Shown: in pieces, positions 1-9,096 of the stretch
Numbering within the stretch: position 1 is the first letter of the stretch
How the letters are laid out: the number at the start of each line of letters is the position of its first letter
IMG/VR virus record: IMGVR_UViG_3300004242_000001
Coordinates: 1 to 41,221 of that record
Length of the DNA: 41,221 nucleotides
Strand: one strand, 5' to 3'
From: a virus
The notes under the pieces: model-generated
The model's input: only the letters and a program-made list of their open reading frames with translations
Database searches by the model: none
Told to the model about the DNA's origin: nothing
Made by a program: the position numbers and the translations under genes

Positions 1-60
1 CCCACCCTCAAGCGGAGACGATGATGTACCTACATCCTCCCATCCGTCGGGACCGCCTCT
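1..60. repeat. Terminal direct repeat, copy 1; exactly equals 41162..41221; implies a circular or circularly permuted genome of 41,161 unique bp
   Basis: All 60 bases are identical to the last 60 bases of the window. The serine recombinase frame continues across the implied junction. Confidence 0.9.
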
Positions 61-118
61 CCGTAGGCACATAATGCAATACCATTTCGTTGCATCAACA
101 AAGAGACCGCGCCCATAA
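1..118 (+). CDS. 3' end of the large serine recombinase gene (continuation of 39603..41221 through the circular junction; stop TAA at 116..118)
   Basis: The frame that leaves the window at 41221 continues in phase from base 61 (…LRRHIMQYHFVASTKRPRP*). Joined length is 1677 nt, or 558 codons plus stop. Confidence 0.8.
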   Translation, partial: PPSSGDDDVPTSSHPSGPPLRRHIMQYHFVASTKRPRP

Positions 119-135
119 GCGCGGTCTCTTTGTTG
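96..135. terminator. Bidirectional intrinsic terminator between the convergent recombinase gene and the late operon
   Basis: Perfect 17-bp inverted repeat CAACAAAGAGACCGCGC (96..112) / GCGCGGTCTCTTTGTTG (119..135). The 6-nt loop contains the recombinase stop codon, and T-rich runs follow the GC core on both strands. Confidence 0.75.
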
Positions 136-138
136 TCC

Positions 139-540
139 CTATTTACTCATCGTAAACCAATACCTCCCATTCACCCAAATTTCGCGCCCCGCAAACTTCG
201 GAGAAGTCAAAACTAACTTATACGCCTTCTCATACCGTCCAGCAAACGCGGGCGGCGGAAACCCGCAAGTGTTTTTTCGGTAAACCGTAATAACCGCTTT
301 GGTTTTATCGATTTTTGTTTTCGCGTATGCCTGCCAGCAGGCAGTCGGCACAGTCCCTTCCACAATCACCGCGCCCCGCTCGCGCGTCGGGTCGCCGCCC
401 TCATAGACCGCTGTCACGTCCGCCAGTGGATTCGCCGCCAGCGCAGACGACACAACCGCAGCGGCAACAACGACCGCCAGCGCAAAGACCAGAAGTAACT
501 TTTTGTTTTTCATTTTTCCTCTCATTTTATTTTTCGGCAA
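139..540 (-). CDS. Small secreted protein of unknown function; last gene of the late operon (start more likely at 513, MKNKKLLL…)
   Basis: Lys-rich n-region, hydrophobic core LLLVFALAVVVAAAVVSSALA, then an ALA|AN cleavage-like site. The roughly 100-aa mature part has two Cys. Confidence 0.6.
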   Translation of the reverse strand: MPKNKMRGKMKNKKLLLVFALAVVVAAAVVSSALAANPLADVTAVYEGGDPTRERGAVIVEGTVPTACWQAYAKTKIDKTKAVITVYRKNTCGFPPPAFAGRYEKAYKLVLTSPKFAGREIWVNGRYWFTMSK

Positions 541-2069
541 ACGACGGTTGTATAAACCTCGTTGTAACCAGATGATGCCGCCCAGCCTAGCGCGTTGTTT
601 GTTGCGCGTGCAATTTGGGTGTAGTGTTTTATTTCAAACATTGTCGAAGCGGTTAGTGTGTACACATTTATGGCAGTCGATGTTGTGGGGAGACCATAAG
701 ACGAATTTGCGTTTGCAGACATCCCTGGATGGTATGCTCCAGATGTTACGTTATAAATAAATACTTTGTGATTACCTATCAGAAACGCAGGCGCGATTGC
801 TTCAATCACCCACGTGCCAGCCACCAGCGTAAACCTGTTCGACGACAAAGAGCAGTACCCGCTCTCGCTGGCGCTGATGGTGTTAAGCGTCCGTGTTTGG
901 ATTCCCGCAACCGACGCCCCCCCATGCGTGCCGTTGCTCTTCACGTCGGTCAATACGACGGTTACTTGCGGCGTGGGCGACGTGGGCAGCAAATTTACTT
1001 CGCTACCCCCTGGCGGCGTGTAATACAACCCATTATCCGCAAAGCGCAGCAGAGACTGCGCCGACACCGCCTGGCAGGTAAAGTCATCGATGGAGATGGT
1101 GCGCTCCGAGCCGCCAGCATAGGGGGGGCTTGTGTTTATGCTCACGCGATTGATATACGCCACAATCTCCCCCTGGGTAGTCGATGCGGGCGCCGTCAAA
1201 ATTTTATGCTCCTCTAACCATTCCAACGTTGCAACAGGTCCACTCGATCCAGTTGTTACAGTCGCCGTTTTCGACCTGGTTGTCATGGTTTGCGTCGACA
1301 ACAAGGTCCCGCCCGCGCTGTAAAATTTCACATCGATTTTTATCTCAATCTCTACCGATGTCGGCAGCGTCAAGAGACTTACCGCCGCCCTGCCAAACGT
1401 CCGCGCCCCAAATTCGTACATCGTCCCCGCCGTCAAAGCAAATCTTGCGCTCTCAACCTTGGGGTTGTAATAGTAGGCTGTTGATGTCCCATACCCCGCG
1501 CTCGCGTCCCAATCGCCAACCACGGCAGTCCAGTCGGTCATGTCGTTCGTCGCAAAATCCCCGTTGGGTATCTCTACCGCGCCCCCGCTCGACGGCTCGT
1601 AATACTCCAGCCGCGCCTCTGGGTAAGAGCCATTATCGTACAACCCAATGCGCAGCACGCGCGTCTCACTGCCCACCGTCGCAGTCTGGTACACCACATA
1701 ACCCAACTGATTCAGCGTGACCAGCGCGTCCCCCAAAACCGTCCCGTTGAAATTGACATTGGTCAAATTGACCACGCCTGTGTCGATGTCCAGCCAAATC
1801 ATTGGGCGCCCCGAAGCGTCGAAACCTGCCCAATGCGCGTGTATGCCATAATCGTCGAAAATATCGATGGCGCTCATCACCATGCGGGTAACGCTGCGCT
1901 CATCTGTCGCCAAATGCTGCAAGTCCCCAATCTCGCCCGACATCTCGTCCAAACTGCCCGCAGACACGTCCTTGACCTGCGACATAAACAGTTCATGCTC
2001 GATTTCGCGGAACTTGCCTATATCCAACGCCTGTTTTCCGTACATCAAATCATCTAATGCGCCCGTCAT
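522..2069 (-). CDS. Tail fibre / receptor-binding protein
   Basis: 515 aa in the last large structural position after the Tal-like gene. Ser/Thr/Gly-rich beta-type sequence, and the start overlaps the upstream stop. Confidence 0.5.
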   Translation of the reverse strand: MTGALDDLMYGKQALDIGKFREIEHELFMSQVKDVSAGSLDEMSGEIGDLQHLATDERSVTRMVMSAIDIFDDYGIHAHWAGFDASGRPMIWLDIDTGVVNLTNVNFNGTVLGDALVTLNQLGYVVYQTATVGSETRVLRIGLYDNGSYPEARLEYYEPSSGGAVEIPNGDFATNDMTDWTAVVGDWDASAGYGTSTAYYYNPKVESARFALTAGTMYEFGARTFGRAAVSLLTLPTSVEIEIKIDVKFYSAGGTLLSTQTMTTRSKTATVTTGSSGPVATLEWLEEHKILTAPASTTQGEIVAYINRVSINTSPPYAGGSERTISIDDFTCQAVSAQSLLRFADNGLYYTPPGGSEVNLLPTSPTPQVTVVLTDVKSNGTHGGASVAGIQTRTLNTISASESGYCSLSSNRFTLVAGTWVIEAIAPAFLIGNHKVFIYNVTSGAYHPGMSANANSSYGLPTTSTAINVYTLTASTMFEIKHYTQIARATNNALGWAASSGYNEVYTTVVCRKIK

Positions 2070-3097
2070 AACTCCTCCTCCAAAACAATCCGCGCCTTCT
2101 TCGGGTTGGCGTCATCGTACTCAATTCCCAAAATCCGCGCGCGTGCCTGCGCCCCAAACCCATCGCCGCTAAATCCCTCACGGTTCAAATCCAGGTTCCA
2201 AACATTTCCAACCCGCAAATAATTGTATGTTCCTCCAATGTCAATCGCGTGCGCGTCGAATTTTCGCGCGGCAGAAACGTGCTTTGCCAGGTAATCAAGC
2301 GCGTTTTTCTCCAGGGTCGCCGCCTGCGTCACCCCGCTAAACACCACCCCTTTTTGATACAGCCCATATTTTGCAATCGCTTCGTCGTCTCGCGCCACAA
2401 ACGTTTGCCTTGACCCAGCCGTTGACGAATCGCTGATGGCAGTCACCTCATTCCAAATATCGCCGTCCTCCTCCAGCATATACTCGCGCATCTCCAGGTT
2501 ATAGCCTTCCCGCAAATACTGGTTGGTGTCGCTGCCAATTCTTTCCAGCCAATTGCCGACCAAAAACAACCGACCATTCTCGTCCATGTCATACGTCACT
2601 TCAAAATCCTGCCCGCACCGCCCCGCCACAGACTGTATATGCGAGAGCGCGTCATTTCCCAACGTCTCTTCGCGGGCATTATTGTCCTCATAAATATCGT
2701 TGTAGGTAATTGGCTTGTCGTTGTTTGTCGCCGCATTAGTCAGTGATAGCGCTTGCCGAAAGATAGACCCAGCCGTCCCAGTAATTTTTTGAACAGGCGT
2801 CCCGCGCCATTCCAAAACCTTCTCCGCCTGGTATGCCTTTACTTTGATCACCCCGTTGCCCCACTTCCTGGGCGGGTAAATCACCCCAATCCAATCGGGC
2901 AGGTTTGCGCGACGGACAAGCGCATAATTCCCCCACCGCAAATACTTCTCCGTTGCATGGCGATCAAAAACAGACATATCCCACTCACAGGCTCCAACCA
3001 CGCCCGCGCTCGCCAATACCCACGACCGCCGCGTTTCCGCGCGTATATCGCCGATAAAATAGCCGTCCTTTGAGTAGATACTGACCCTGCTGCTCAT
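2066..3097 (-). CDS. Tail-associated (Tal-like / baseplate hub) protein
   Basis: 343 aa, second gene after the tape measure. N-terminus MSSRVSIYSKDGYFIGDI… is typical of siphovirus tail-tip proteins. ATGA coupling to the upstream gene. Confidence 0.45.
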   Translation of the reverse strand: MSSRVSIYSKDGYFIGDIRAETRRSWVLASAGVVGACEWDMSVFDRHATEKYLRWGNYALVRRANLPDWIGVIYPPRKWGNGVIKVKAYQAEKVLEWRGTPVQKITGTAGSIFRQALSLTNAATNNDKPITYNDIYEDNNAREETLGNDALSHIQSVAGRCGQDFEVTYDMDENGRLFLVGNWLERIGSDTNQYLREGYNLEMREYMLEEDGDIWNEVTAISDSSTAGSRQTFVARDDEAIAKYGLYQKGVVFSGVTQAATLEKNALDYLAKHVSAARKFDAHAIDIGGTYNYLRVGNVWNLDLNREGFSGDGFGAQARARILGIEYDDANPKKARIVLEEEL

Positions 3098-5052
3098 AAA
3101 TTCCGCTCCTGCCAGGACACAGTAATATCGACGCTGTTGTCCCCTTCGCTCTCATACAGCAACGTATTTACCCCAGCGCTCAACGGCAGCCACTCTGCGC
3201 GGCTCTCATCGTCCAACTGCAACGCCACCGCCGAAAGGTCAACGTCCCGATAACATTCCAGGTTGTCGGTATCGATGACAATCGTCCTCCCCACAGGCGC
3301 GGGGTAAGCAATCTCGACCCAACTCCCTGTCTCTTGGTGGGTGAGCCTGAACACCTCGTAATTATTTGTCACCTCGCTGCCCCACCAAATCAACGGCACA
3401 ACGTCGCCGTCCAACTCCAACGTCAAACCAGCAAACTCAAGCGCCGCATAATTCCCCGTCTTGCCCGCCGCCACGCCCCCGCCCGTAAACTCGAATCGAA
3501 TATGCCGATATGTCCCACTCAGCGATTTCGCCCCTGTCACCGTAGACAGAGCCTCCCACGTCGCCGCCGCCGATGGGCTTCCTTCATTCGCCACCAAAAC
3601 ATATTTTTTCCCGTCCGCGCTCTTCTTCAAACTTGCCACGCTGGGGAAGCCCGCATCCTGCCGATACTTTTCTCCGCTCACCGTCACCGTCTTTATCCCC
3701 GCTGGGTGATACCCATCCCACGCCAAAGATCCCGCAGGAGCCTTCCACGCCGTCCCAACCTGGTACGCCTTCAACGCCATTCCCATTTCTGTCGCCACCC
3801 CCGCATCGCCATAATGATTCGCGGTATATATATCCGCCTGGGCTTCAACGCCCTTCAACACCTTTGGCGCAAACGCTCCCGCCCGCGCTGGGTTTGCAGG
3901 GTCATAAAATTCCGCCTGCGAGCGGGATGTATTCGTAAATGTCGCCAGCGTGTACAAGGGCTTATATTTGTCCATCGCGCTCGGAGCCGCCACCCCAGCG
4001 TTTCCATACATCACCCAATACCCAATCACATGCCGAATCACCGCCCCATCCGCGTGCGATTGTTCCGCTGTGTTCTTCTGCGCCCGCGTCACCCCAGTGA
4101 TTTGGTACGCGGTCTGGTTCACGCCCGTAAAAGTGAAAATTTCCTGCGCCCCGCCGCCCAGGTCGATTGCCAAAACTTTGTACGCCTCCCCCGCCAGCGC
4201 CTTCAACGTCGCCTTGTTGGCAGCCGTCTTTTTTACCGTTATCGTTGTCACCGTCTCCGCGTCTGTCATCGCCCCGCTCAACGTCAGGCTTATTGCAGGA
4301 GGCAAACTCACATTCGCAATCAGCCTTGTCGTCGTCGTATTCGCCCCGCCCCCGCCCAGCCAATACGGAACCTCCTGCCCGCTTGCGTCATAAATCACCC
4401 GTATATCCGCCCCGCTCGCCTGCATCTTCCCCGCCGTCACCAACGCGCTTGTATCCCAATTGCCGCCTGCCAGGTTGATGGCATCGTTATACAACAGCGC
4501 AGCCCTGTTTGCCAGCGCCACAAATAAGTTGTGAGCATACCCGCTCGAACTTGCGCTGGTTGGCTTCACCCGCAGAATCGGGCGCGCAAATTCATTCCCG
4601 CCCACCGTCACCGCCAGCGTGTCCCCATCCTCCACTCCCTCAAAAATTTCTTCCAGCGTCTCCACCGTCTTCCAAATCGGGTCCGCCACATAAAACAACA
4701 CCGTCAAAACATTGTGCCGCAATCGCGGCGTGCTCTTCACCTTCGCCATCACATACCACTGGCGATTATCGGTCTTGTCTTTCACGACCAGCGCGTACTC
4801 CGCGTTTCTGTGCGCGGGGAACCACTCCACAATCCCCCCAATCGCGCCCCCGTCCACCCGCTCCACCGTCATAGGCAAAGTCCGCCCGTCCAGGGTCAAA
4901 CCGCTATACACGGGGAAATTATCCGCCCGCGCCACAGCCGTCAACGCCGCTTCAGCCTGCGGCGCCACGTCAATCGGAATTGTCGCCCGATACGTCCCAT
5001 CATTCAACGTATGACCGTTGAACGAAACCACTTCCAATGTTTGAATGTTCAT
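3094..5052 (-). CDS. Distal tail protein (Dit-like), extended form
   Basis: Immediately follows the tape measure (ATGA overlap). N-terminus MNIQTLEVVSFNGHTLNDG… resembles the Sipho_tail family, and the 652-aa length suggests inserted domains. Confidence 0.5.
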   Translation of the reverse strand: MNIQTLEVVSFNGHTLNDGTYRATIPIDVAPQAEAALTAVARADNFPVYSGLTLDGRTLPMTVERVDGGAIGGIVEWFPAHRNAEYALVVKDKTDNRQWYVMAKVKSTPRLRHNVLTVLFYVADPIWKTVETLEEIFEGVEDGDTLAVTVGGNEFARPILRVKPTSASSSGYAHNLFVALANRAALLYNDAINLAGGNWDTSALVTAGKMQASGADIRVIYDASGQEVPYWLGGGGANTTTTRLIANVSLPPAISLTLSGAMTDAETVTTITVKKTAANKATLKALAGEAYKVLAIDLGGGAQEIFTFTGVNQTAYQITGVTRAQKNTAEQSHADGAVIRHVIGYWVMYGNAGVAAPSAMDKYKPLYTLATFTNTSRSQAEFYDPANPARAGAFAPKVLKGVEAQADIYTANHYGDAGVATEMGMALKAYQVGTAWKAPAGSLAWDGYHPAGIKTVTVSGEKYRQDAGFPSVASLKKSADGKKYVLVANEGSPSAAATWEALSTVTGAKSLSGTYRHIRFEFTGGGVAAGKTGNYAALEFAGLTLELDGDVVPLIWWGSEVTNNYEVFRLTHQETGSWVEIAYPAPVGRTIVIDTDNLECYRDVDLSAVALQLDDESRAEWLPLSAGVNTLLYESEGDNSVDITVSWQERNL

Positions 5053-6875
5053 GATAACTGCCTCAGCAATCCCTCGCGTTGATTTGTGTTCTCATTCGGC
5101 ATCACAATGCTCCCGTAATTGTTCAGGTAAATGCCCTGCTTGCTCCCGCTCCCAGCAAACGCCTTCCCCACCGCGTTCTGCGCCAACGCGGGCACGCTTG
5201 CCAGCGCAGGCTCGAACAGCCCCGCATTCACGTATGGCGTCAAGTTGAACGCGCCCAGCGCAATATTTTTCGCAATCCGCCGCTCCATCTTTTTCGATGG
5301 CGACTGTATCTCAAAGAACCCCTCGAACGCCCCCATCGCCGCTTCGCCCACCGCCTGAGCTGCGTCAATAATCGACTGCACATTATTTACCAGCCCGCTC
5401 ACAATCCCATCCAAAATAGACTTTCCCAAACCCGACCAGCTAAAGTTCTTTATCGCCGCGCTCGCGCTTTTCACAATGTTAGACATGGCAACCCCAATCT
5501 TTGCCCCCATGCCCGAAACCCCGCTTACAATCGCGTCCCACGCCATGCGCCACGCCGTCCCCAGCAAATAGCCAAACTGATGCCAATCCCCATTGAACGC
5601 CGCCTGCCACGCCTTGATAATCGTCGTAATGTATTTCACCGCCCAAGCCACCACGCCCTGAATATTCATCCAATTGCTCTGCCATGCCAGGTACAGCGCG
5701 TACCCCACCGCGATCAATGCCGCCACCACGCCAATCACCACCAGCACAGGCGTCGAAATTGCCCCAATCACCCCTGCAATCGTCCCAACTGCCGTAATCA
5801 GCCCGCCCACCATCACCAAAATGGGACCAATCGCCGCCGCCGCCCCAGCCACAATCAACACCCACTTCTGTGTCTCTGGCGAAAGCTGCTGAAACCATGT
5901 AATCCCCTGGGTTATCCACCCCATCAACTGCGTTACATGCGGCAACAACTGCCCCCCCAACGCCGCCGCCGCATCCTCGTAACTCGCCTGAAGTGTACGC
6001 ATCTGACCCGCCGCCGCCCCCGCCGTTTTCTCCCTATCTCCCTGCGCCGCCGCGCTCTGCTCCACCATCAACGCATACAACGCCTGGTAACGCGCCGCCT
6101 CGCTCAACGTCCCAACTTCTCCCGCCTGCGCCGCCGCCAGTTTATCCTGCACTTCCGCCATCGTCTGCGCCGCCTGTCGCGCCTGCAAACTATCGTCCCC
6201 ATATTTTTTCACCGTCGCGTTGTACGCGCTCTGCGCCTGCTCCGCGTCCAACATCAACCCCTGCACCTTTGTCATATCCACCGAGGTCTCAATCAGCCCC
6301 ATTTGCAGCGCTTTCTGCTCCACCGCCGCCTGGTTGACCTGAATGCCCATCGAGCGCAGCGGCTCATACTGCCCCGCCGTCGCGCTCTGAATTTTCGCCA
6401 GCGCGTCCGCAGGGTTCAGGTTATAAAACGATGACCAATCCGCGCCCAACTGCACCAGGTCTTCCGACCATTTCACCGTCTCTGCCCCCGTCATCCCCGC
6501 CGCGCTGCCCATCGCCCCAAAAGTAGATACAGCGTCCAGCGCCTTCTGCTGGCTCATGCCAATCGCATCCGCCGAGTTTTTGCTCCACGCCATTACATCC
6601 CCCGCCATCGAGCCAAACACCACATTTGTCTTGCTTTTCGTCTCTTCCAAATCAGAAGCGTATTTCACAGCCGCCACGCCCGCCGCCAGCACAGGCAGAG
6701 TCACCCCAACCGTCATGTTCTTGCCCGCCGTCGTCATATCCCCACCCGTGCTTTTCAGGCTCTTGCTAATACTCGTCGCAGTTTCCTGCGCCGATTGTTG
6801 CGCCTTCCGCAGCGTCTGCGAATACTCCACCGCATCCGCCATCAGTTTTACCGCCAGCGTCGCAATTGTTATCAT
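5049..6875 (-). CDS. Tail tape measure protein
   Basis: TP901-type TMP core (…VTLPVLAAGVAAVKYASDLEETKSKTNVVFG…ALAKIQSATAGQYEPLRSMGIQVN…) plus a hydrophobic mid-region. The ATG at 6875 is preceded by AGAGG. The track ORF extends to a TTG at 6935. Confidence 0.85.
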   Translation of the reverse strand: MITIATLAVKLMADAVEYSQTLRKAQQSAQETATSISKSLKSTGGDMTTAGKNMTVGVTLPVLAAGVAAVKYASDLEETKSKTNVVFGSMAGDVMAWSKNSADAIGMSQQKALDAVSTFGAMGSAAGMTGAETVKWSEDLVQLGADWSSFYNLNPADALAKIQSATAGQYEPLRSMGIQVNQAAVEQKALQMGLIETSVDMTKVQGLMLDAEQAQSAYNATVKKYGDDSLQARQAAQTMAEVQDKLAAAQAGEVGTLSEAARYQALYALMVEQSAAAQGDREKTAGAAAGQMRTLQASYEDAAAALGGQLLPHVTQLMGWITQGITWFQQLSPETQKWVLIVAGAAAAIGPILVMVGGLITAVGTIAGVIGAISTPVLVVIGVVAALIAVGYALYLAWQSNWMNIQGVVAWAVKYITTIIKAWQAAFNGDWHQFGYLLGTAWRMAWDAIVSGVSGMGAKIGVAMSNIVKSASAAIKNFSWSGLGKSILDGIVSGLVNNVQSIIDAAQAVGEAAMGAFEGFFEIQSPSKKMERRIAKNIALGAFNLTPYVNAGLFEPALASVPALAQNAVGKAFAGSGSKQGIYLNNYGSIVMPNENTNQREGLLRQLS

Positions 6876-6939
6876 CGTTGCCTCTTTACACAACCCACCC
6901 AAAAACATAATTGCTTTGTGGGTGGGTCGCCTCAAACCG

Positions 6940-7658
6940 TCACGGCAAATTCAGCGCGCCCAAACTCATAAACATCGCCTCAATCGCCCGCGCCGCCTCT
7001 TCCTCGCTCATCGTTGGCGTCTCGTCCTGCGCCGCCGCAAACTTCGGCATCAAATCCTCTGGCGTAAAAGGCGCGTCCTCCTTCCCCGTGTGCATCTGGT
7101 ACAGCACATTCCCCAAAAACGCGCCCACAATCGCCATCCGCAAATCTGCTCGCTCCTCGCCAAACGGCTCCAACGCCTCGTATGCCTGCCACTCAATCAG
7201 GTCTGCGCCCGTCATCGAGCGCAGCATCCTGTTCACATTCGGGACCCCCAACTCCTTCGCCAGCCTCACGGCAAAACGCCGCAGTGGGTCCCGCTTTAGT
7301 TTTTTAGCGTCTTGTCCGCGCTCTCGTCATCCATGCCCGAAAGCCGCATCGCAATCTTTCCCAAACGGGTCAAGACCGCGCCGCTCTTCTTCGCCAGCGC
7401 CCCAACCTGGTCATCCCTGAAAATCCGCGTCCCGTCTTCCGCGTACAACGCCTTCACCAGCAACTTCGGCATGAAGTTCGTCATATCGGGCGGCAAAGGC
7501 TTTCCTTTCTCATCCCATTGCACCACTTCGCCCTGGTACTTGCTCGCCTGTTCCCCATCCAACCCGCGCACCACCACCCGCATCCCATTCCACTCAGGCA
7601 CTTCCACCGTTTCGCTCGGCAGGTCGTTTACAGCCAAAATATCATCTGCGTAACTCAT
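6940..7658 (-). CDS. Tail assembly chaperone G-T fusion made by a -1 frameshift at 7299..7305
   Basis: The -1 frame after A AAA AAC reads …LKKLKRDPLRRFAVRLAKELGVPNVNRMLRSMTGADLIEWQAYEALEPFGEERADLR…, which resembles the lambda gpT / DUF4035 pattern, and runs to the stop at 6940. Confidence 0.7.
7296..7658 (-). CDS. Tail assembly chaperone (gpG-like)
   Basis: 120 aa between the major tail and tape measure genes. It ends in …CTA AAA AAC TAA, which contains a slippery heptamer. Confidence 0.75.
   Translation of the reverse strand: MSYADDILAVNDLPSETVEVPEWNGMRVVVRGLDGEQASKYQGEVVQWDEKGKPLPPDMTNFMPKLLVKALYAEDGTRIFRDDQVGALAKKSGAVLTRLGKIAMRLSGMDDESADKTLKN
7299..7305 (-). promoter_or_regulatory. -1 programmed ribosomal frameshift slippery site A AAA AAC
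   Basis: X XXY YYZ heptamer directly before the gpG-like stop codon, with an open -1 frame downstream. Confidence 0.7.
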
Positions 7659-7669
7659 CGCTCATCCTC

Positions 7670-8107
7670 CTAAGACGGGGTAAAGGTCGAAACCGCGCCG
7701 CTCACCTTCAGCGTGAACTCAGCGGACATTTTTTTGTCAACAGGCGTGCTCGGCTTGAACTTCGTCACCAGCGCCGTAAACTGAAACCCCTTCGCCCCGC
7801 CTGGCAAAATCGCCTGCCAATTGCCCTTCCTGCGGTTCAGCAGGTCATGCAGCATCCCGTCCTCTTCATCCTGCGTGGCGTCAGACGGCAGCCAGTTCAC
7901 CTTCACCCCAATCTCGCCGCCCGAAAGCAGCGTCCCAATATGCTCCTCCCACCCCCCGCTCCCATGATGGGTCGCCTCGTCCGTCTTCAACGAGATTTCA
8001 GGCGGGTTGAACTCCGTCACCTCGGCAATCGCCGTAAACACCTCGGTTGTCGCCCCGTCCCCGCGTTTCAAAATCGTGCCATAACCAGGAATAACGCTTG
8101 TAGTCAT
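7670..8107 (-). CDS. Major tail (tube) protein
   Basis: 145 aa; position is correct, and the sequence resembles TP901-1/HK97-type tube proteins (…GTILKRGDG…FTAIAEVTEFNPPEISLKTDEATHHGSGGWEE…). AGGAG RBS. Confidence 0.75.
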   Translation of the reverse strand: MTTSVIPGYGTILKRGDGATTEVFTAIAEVTEFNPPEISLKTDEATHHGSGGWEEHIGTLLSGGEIGVKVNWLPSDATQDEEDGMLHDLLNRRKGNWQAILPGGAKGFQFTALVTKFKPSTPVDKKMSAEFTLKVSGAVSTFTPS

Positions 8108-8155
8108 TGCTTTTCTCCTTTACGTTTTTTCAAAATTCAGCGCCTCGCGCCAAAC

Positions 8156-8545
8156 TTATCGACCATGCCAGATAATCAAATCCAAATTCACCCAATGCCG
8201 ATCCAGTTCAGGGTCATGGTTATCCCGCGCATTGTCCCCGTCCACAAACGTCGCGTAAACCGTCGCCCCGCCCATCGTCCCCACGTACCCCGCCGCCGCC
8301 GCAATCGTCTCCTCCGCCAACTGCTTCGCCGCCAAATACGTCGCCCCATAACACTCCAACTGATAGCGCGGGTGTCGCGTCGCGCTCGTGCCGTTCAGCG
8401 TCGTCTCAATCGGGTCGCTCACCATGAAATACAAAATCGCGGGCAGCGTTGGTTGTTGCGGAAGCGCATTCGGGTAAACGCGGCTACCCGCGCTCGTCCC
8501 TACCCCCGCTAAAAAAGAAAATAAGTCCTCTGCAAAAACGCTCAT
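8156..8545 (-). CDS. Tail completion protein (Tc1 type, DUF3168-like)
   Basis: 129 aa directly upstream of the tube gene. The pattern …SRVYPNALPQQPTLPAILYFMVSD… is typical of DUF3168. Confidence 0.6.
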   Translation of the reverse strand: MSVFAEDLFSFLAGVGTSAGSRVYPNALPQQPTLPAILYFMVSDPIETTLNGTSATRHPRYQLECYGATYLAAKQLAEETIAAAAGYVGTMGGATVYATFVDGDNARDNHDPELDRHWVNLDLIIWHGR

Positions 8546-9096
8546 TCCTTCGCCGCCTTCTCCACCAGTTTCGTCAACGCCCGCGCCACATCGTTCTGCG
8601 CCGCTGTCTTGCGCTCGTCAAACGCGGGTCTCATGTACGGTCTCGCCTTTATCGTCACCGACCGCTTCAACACATACTGAACCTGTCCGCTCGGCGAAAC
8701 CATTATCAAATTCCCGCCCGCCGTTTTTCGCAGCTTCAACTTCGGGTGCTTGCGCGGACTGTCCTTATAAGTCCCAACGGGGATAGCCAAATACTTCGCG
8801 CTCTTCGGCGTAACCACCCCGCCAAACTCATGAATCGCCGCATACTCCAAATTCGTCCCCACCTCCGCCACCGCCGTCCGCGCCCCATCCATCGCCACCT
8901 GAATATGCAACGACCGCGCAAGCACCCTTGTTCGCATCAGCCCATTCTTGCTGATGTTCTCAATTGCCCCATGCAAAAACTGCAACGCTCCATCCTTCGC
9001 CGCCTGCGCCAATGCCAGCCCTGCCACAGCCTCATCCAGCGCGTTGAACTTCCGCGCCAGTTCCGCCATGCCTGTAACGACAATTTCGTCGCTCAT
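8542..9096 (-). CDS. Neck protein (Ne1 type, HK97 gp10-like)
   Basis: …LEYAAIHEFGG…KARPYMRPAFDE… matches the HK97 gp10-family signature. Gene order fits. Confidence 0.6.
   Translation of the reverse strand: MSDEIVVTGMAELARKFNALDEAVAGLALAQAAKDGALQFLHGAIENISKNGLMRTRVLARSLHIQVAMDGARTAVAEVGTNLEYAAIHEFGGVVTPKSAKYLAIPVGTYKDSPRKHPKLKLRKTAGGNLIMVSPSGQVQYVLKRSVTIKARPYMRPAFDERKTAAQNDVARALTKLVEKAAKE

Noticed and set aside
1-60. Terminal repeat as attL/attR of an integrated prophage, or as transposon ends
   Set aside because: The repeat lies inside the recombinase coding sequence, which is only complete when the ends are joined. Serine integrases also use 2-bp crossover sites, not 60-bp duplications, and no host-like flanking genes are present.
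3334-4527. 397-aa plus-strand ORF (and similar ORFs at 5079..6434, 8449..9210, 16137..17183, 7847..8512, 21007..21642 and 29375..30136) antisense to structural or replication genes
   Set aside because: The translations are Arg/Pro/His-rich low-complexity strings typical of the reverse frame of GC-rich genes. They have no RBS and are fully nested in well-supported minus-strand genes with recognisable motifs.
5049-6875. Lytic (muralytic) domain in the tape measure or tail-tip proteins
   Set aside because: I looked for lysozyme/transglycosylase Glu-Ser/Thr motifs and for the NlpC/P60 or M23 peptidase His/Cys signatures, and found none by eye. This is left as an open point rather than a call.
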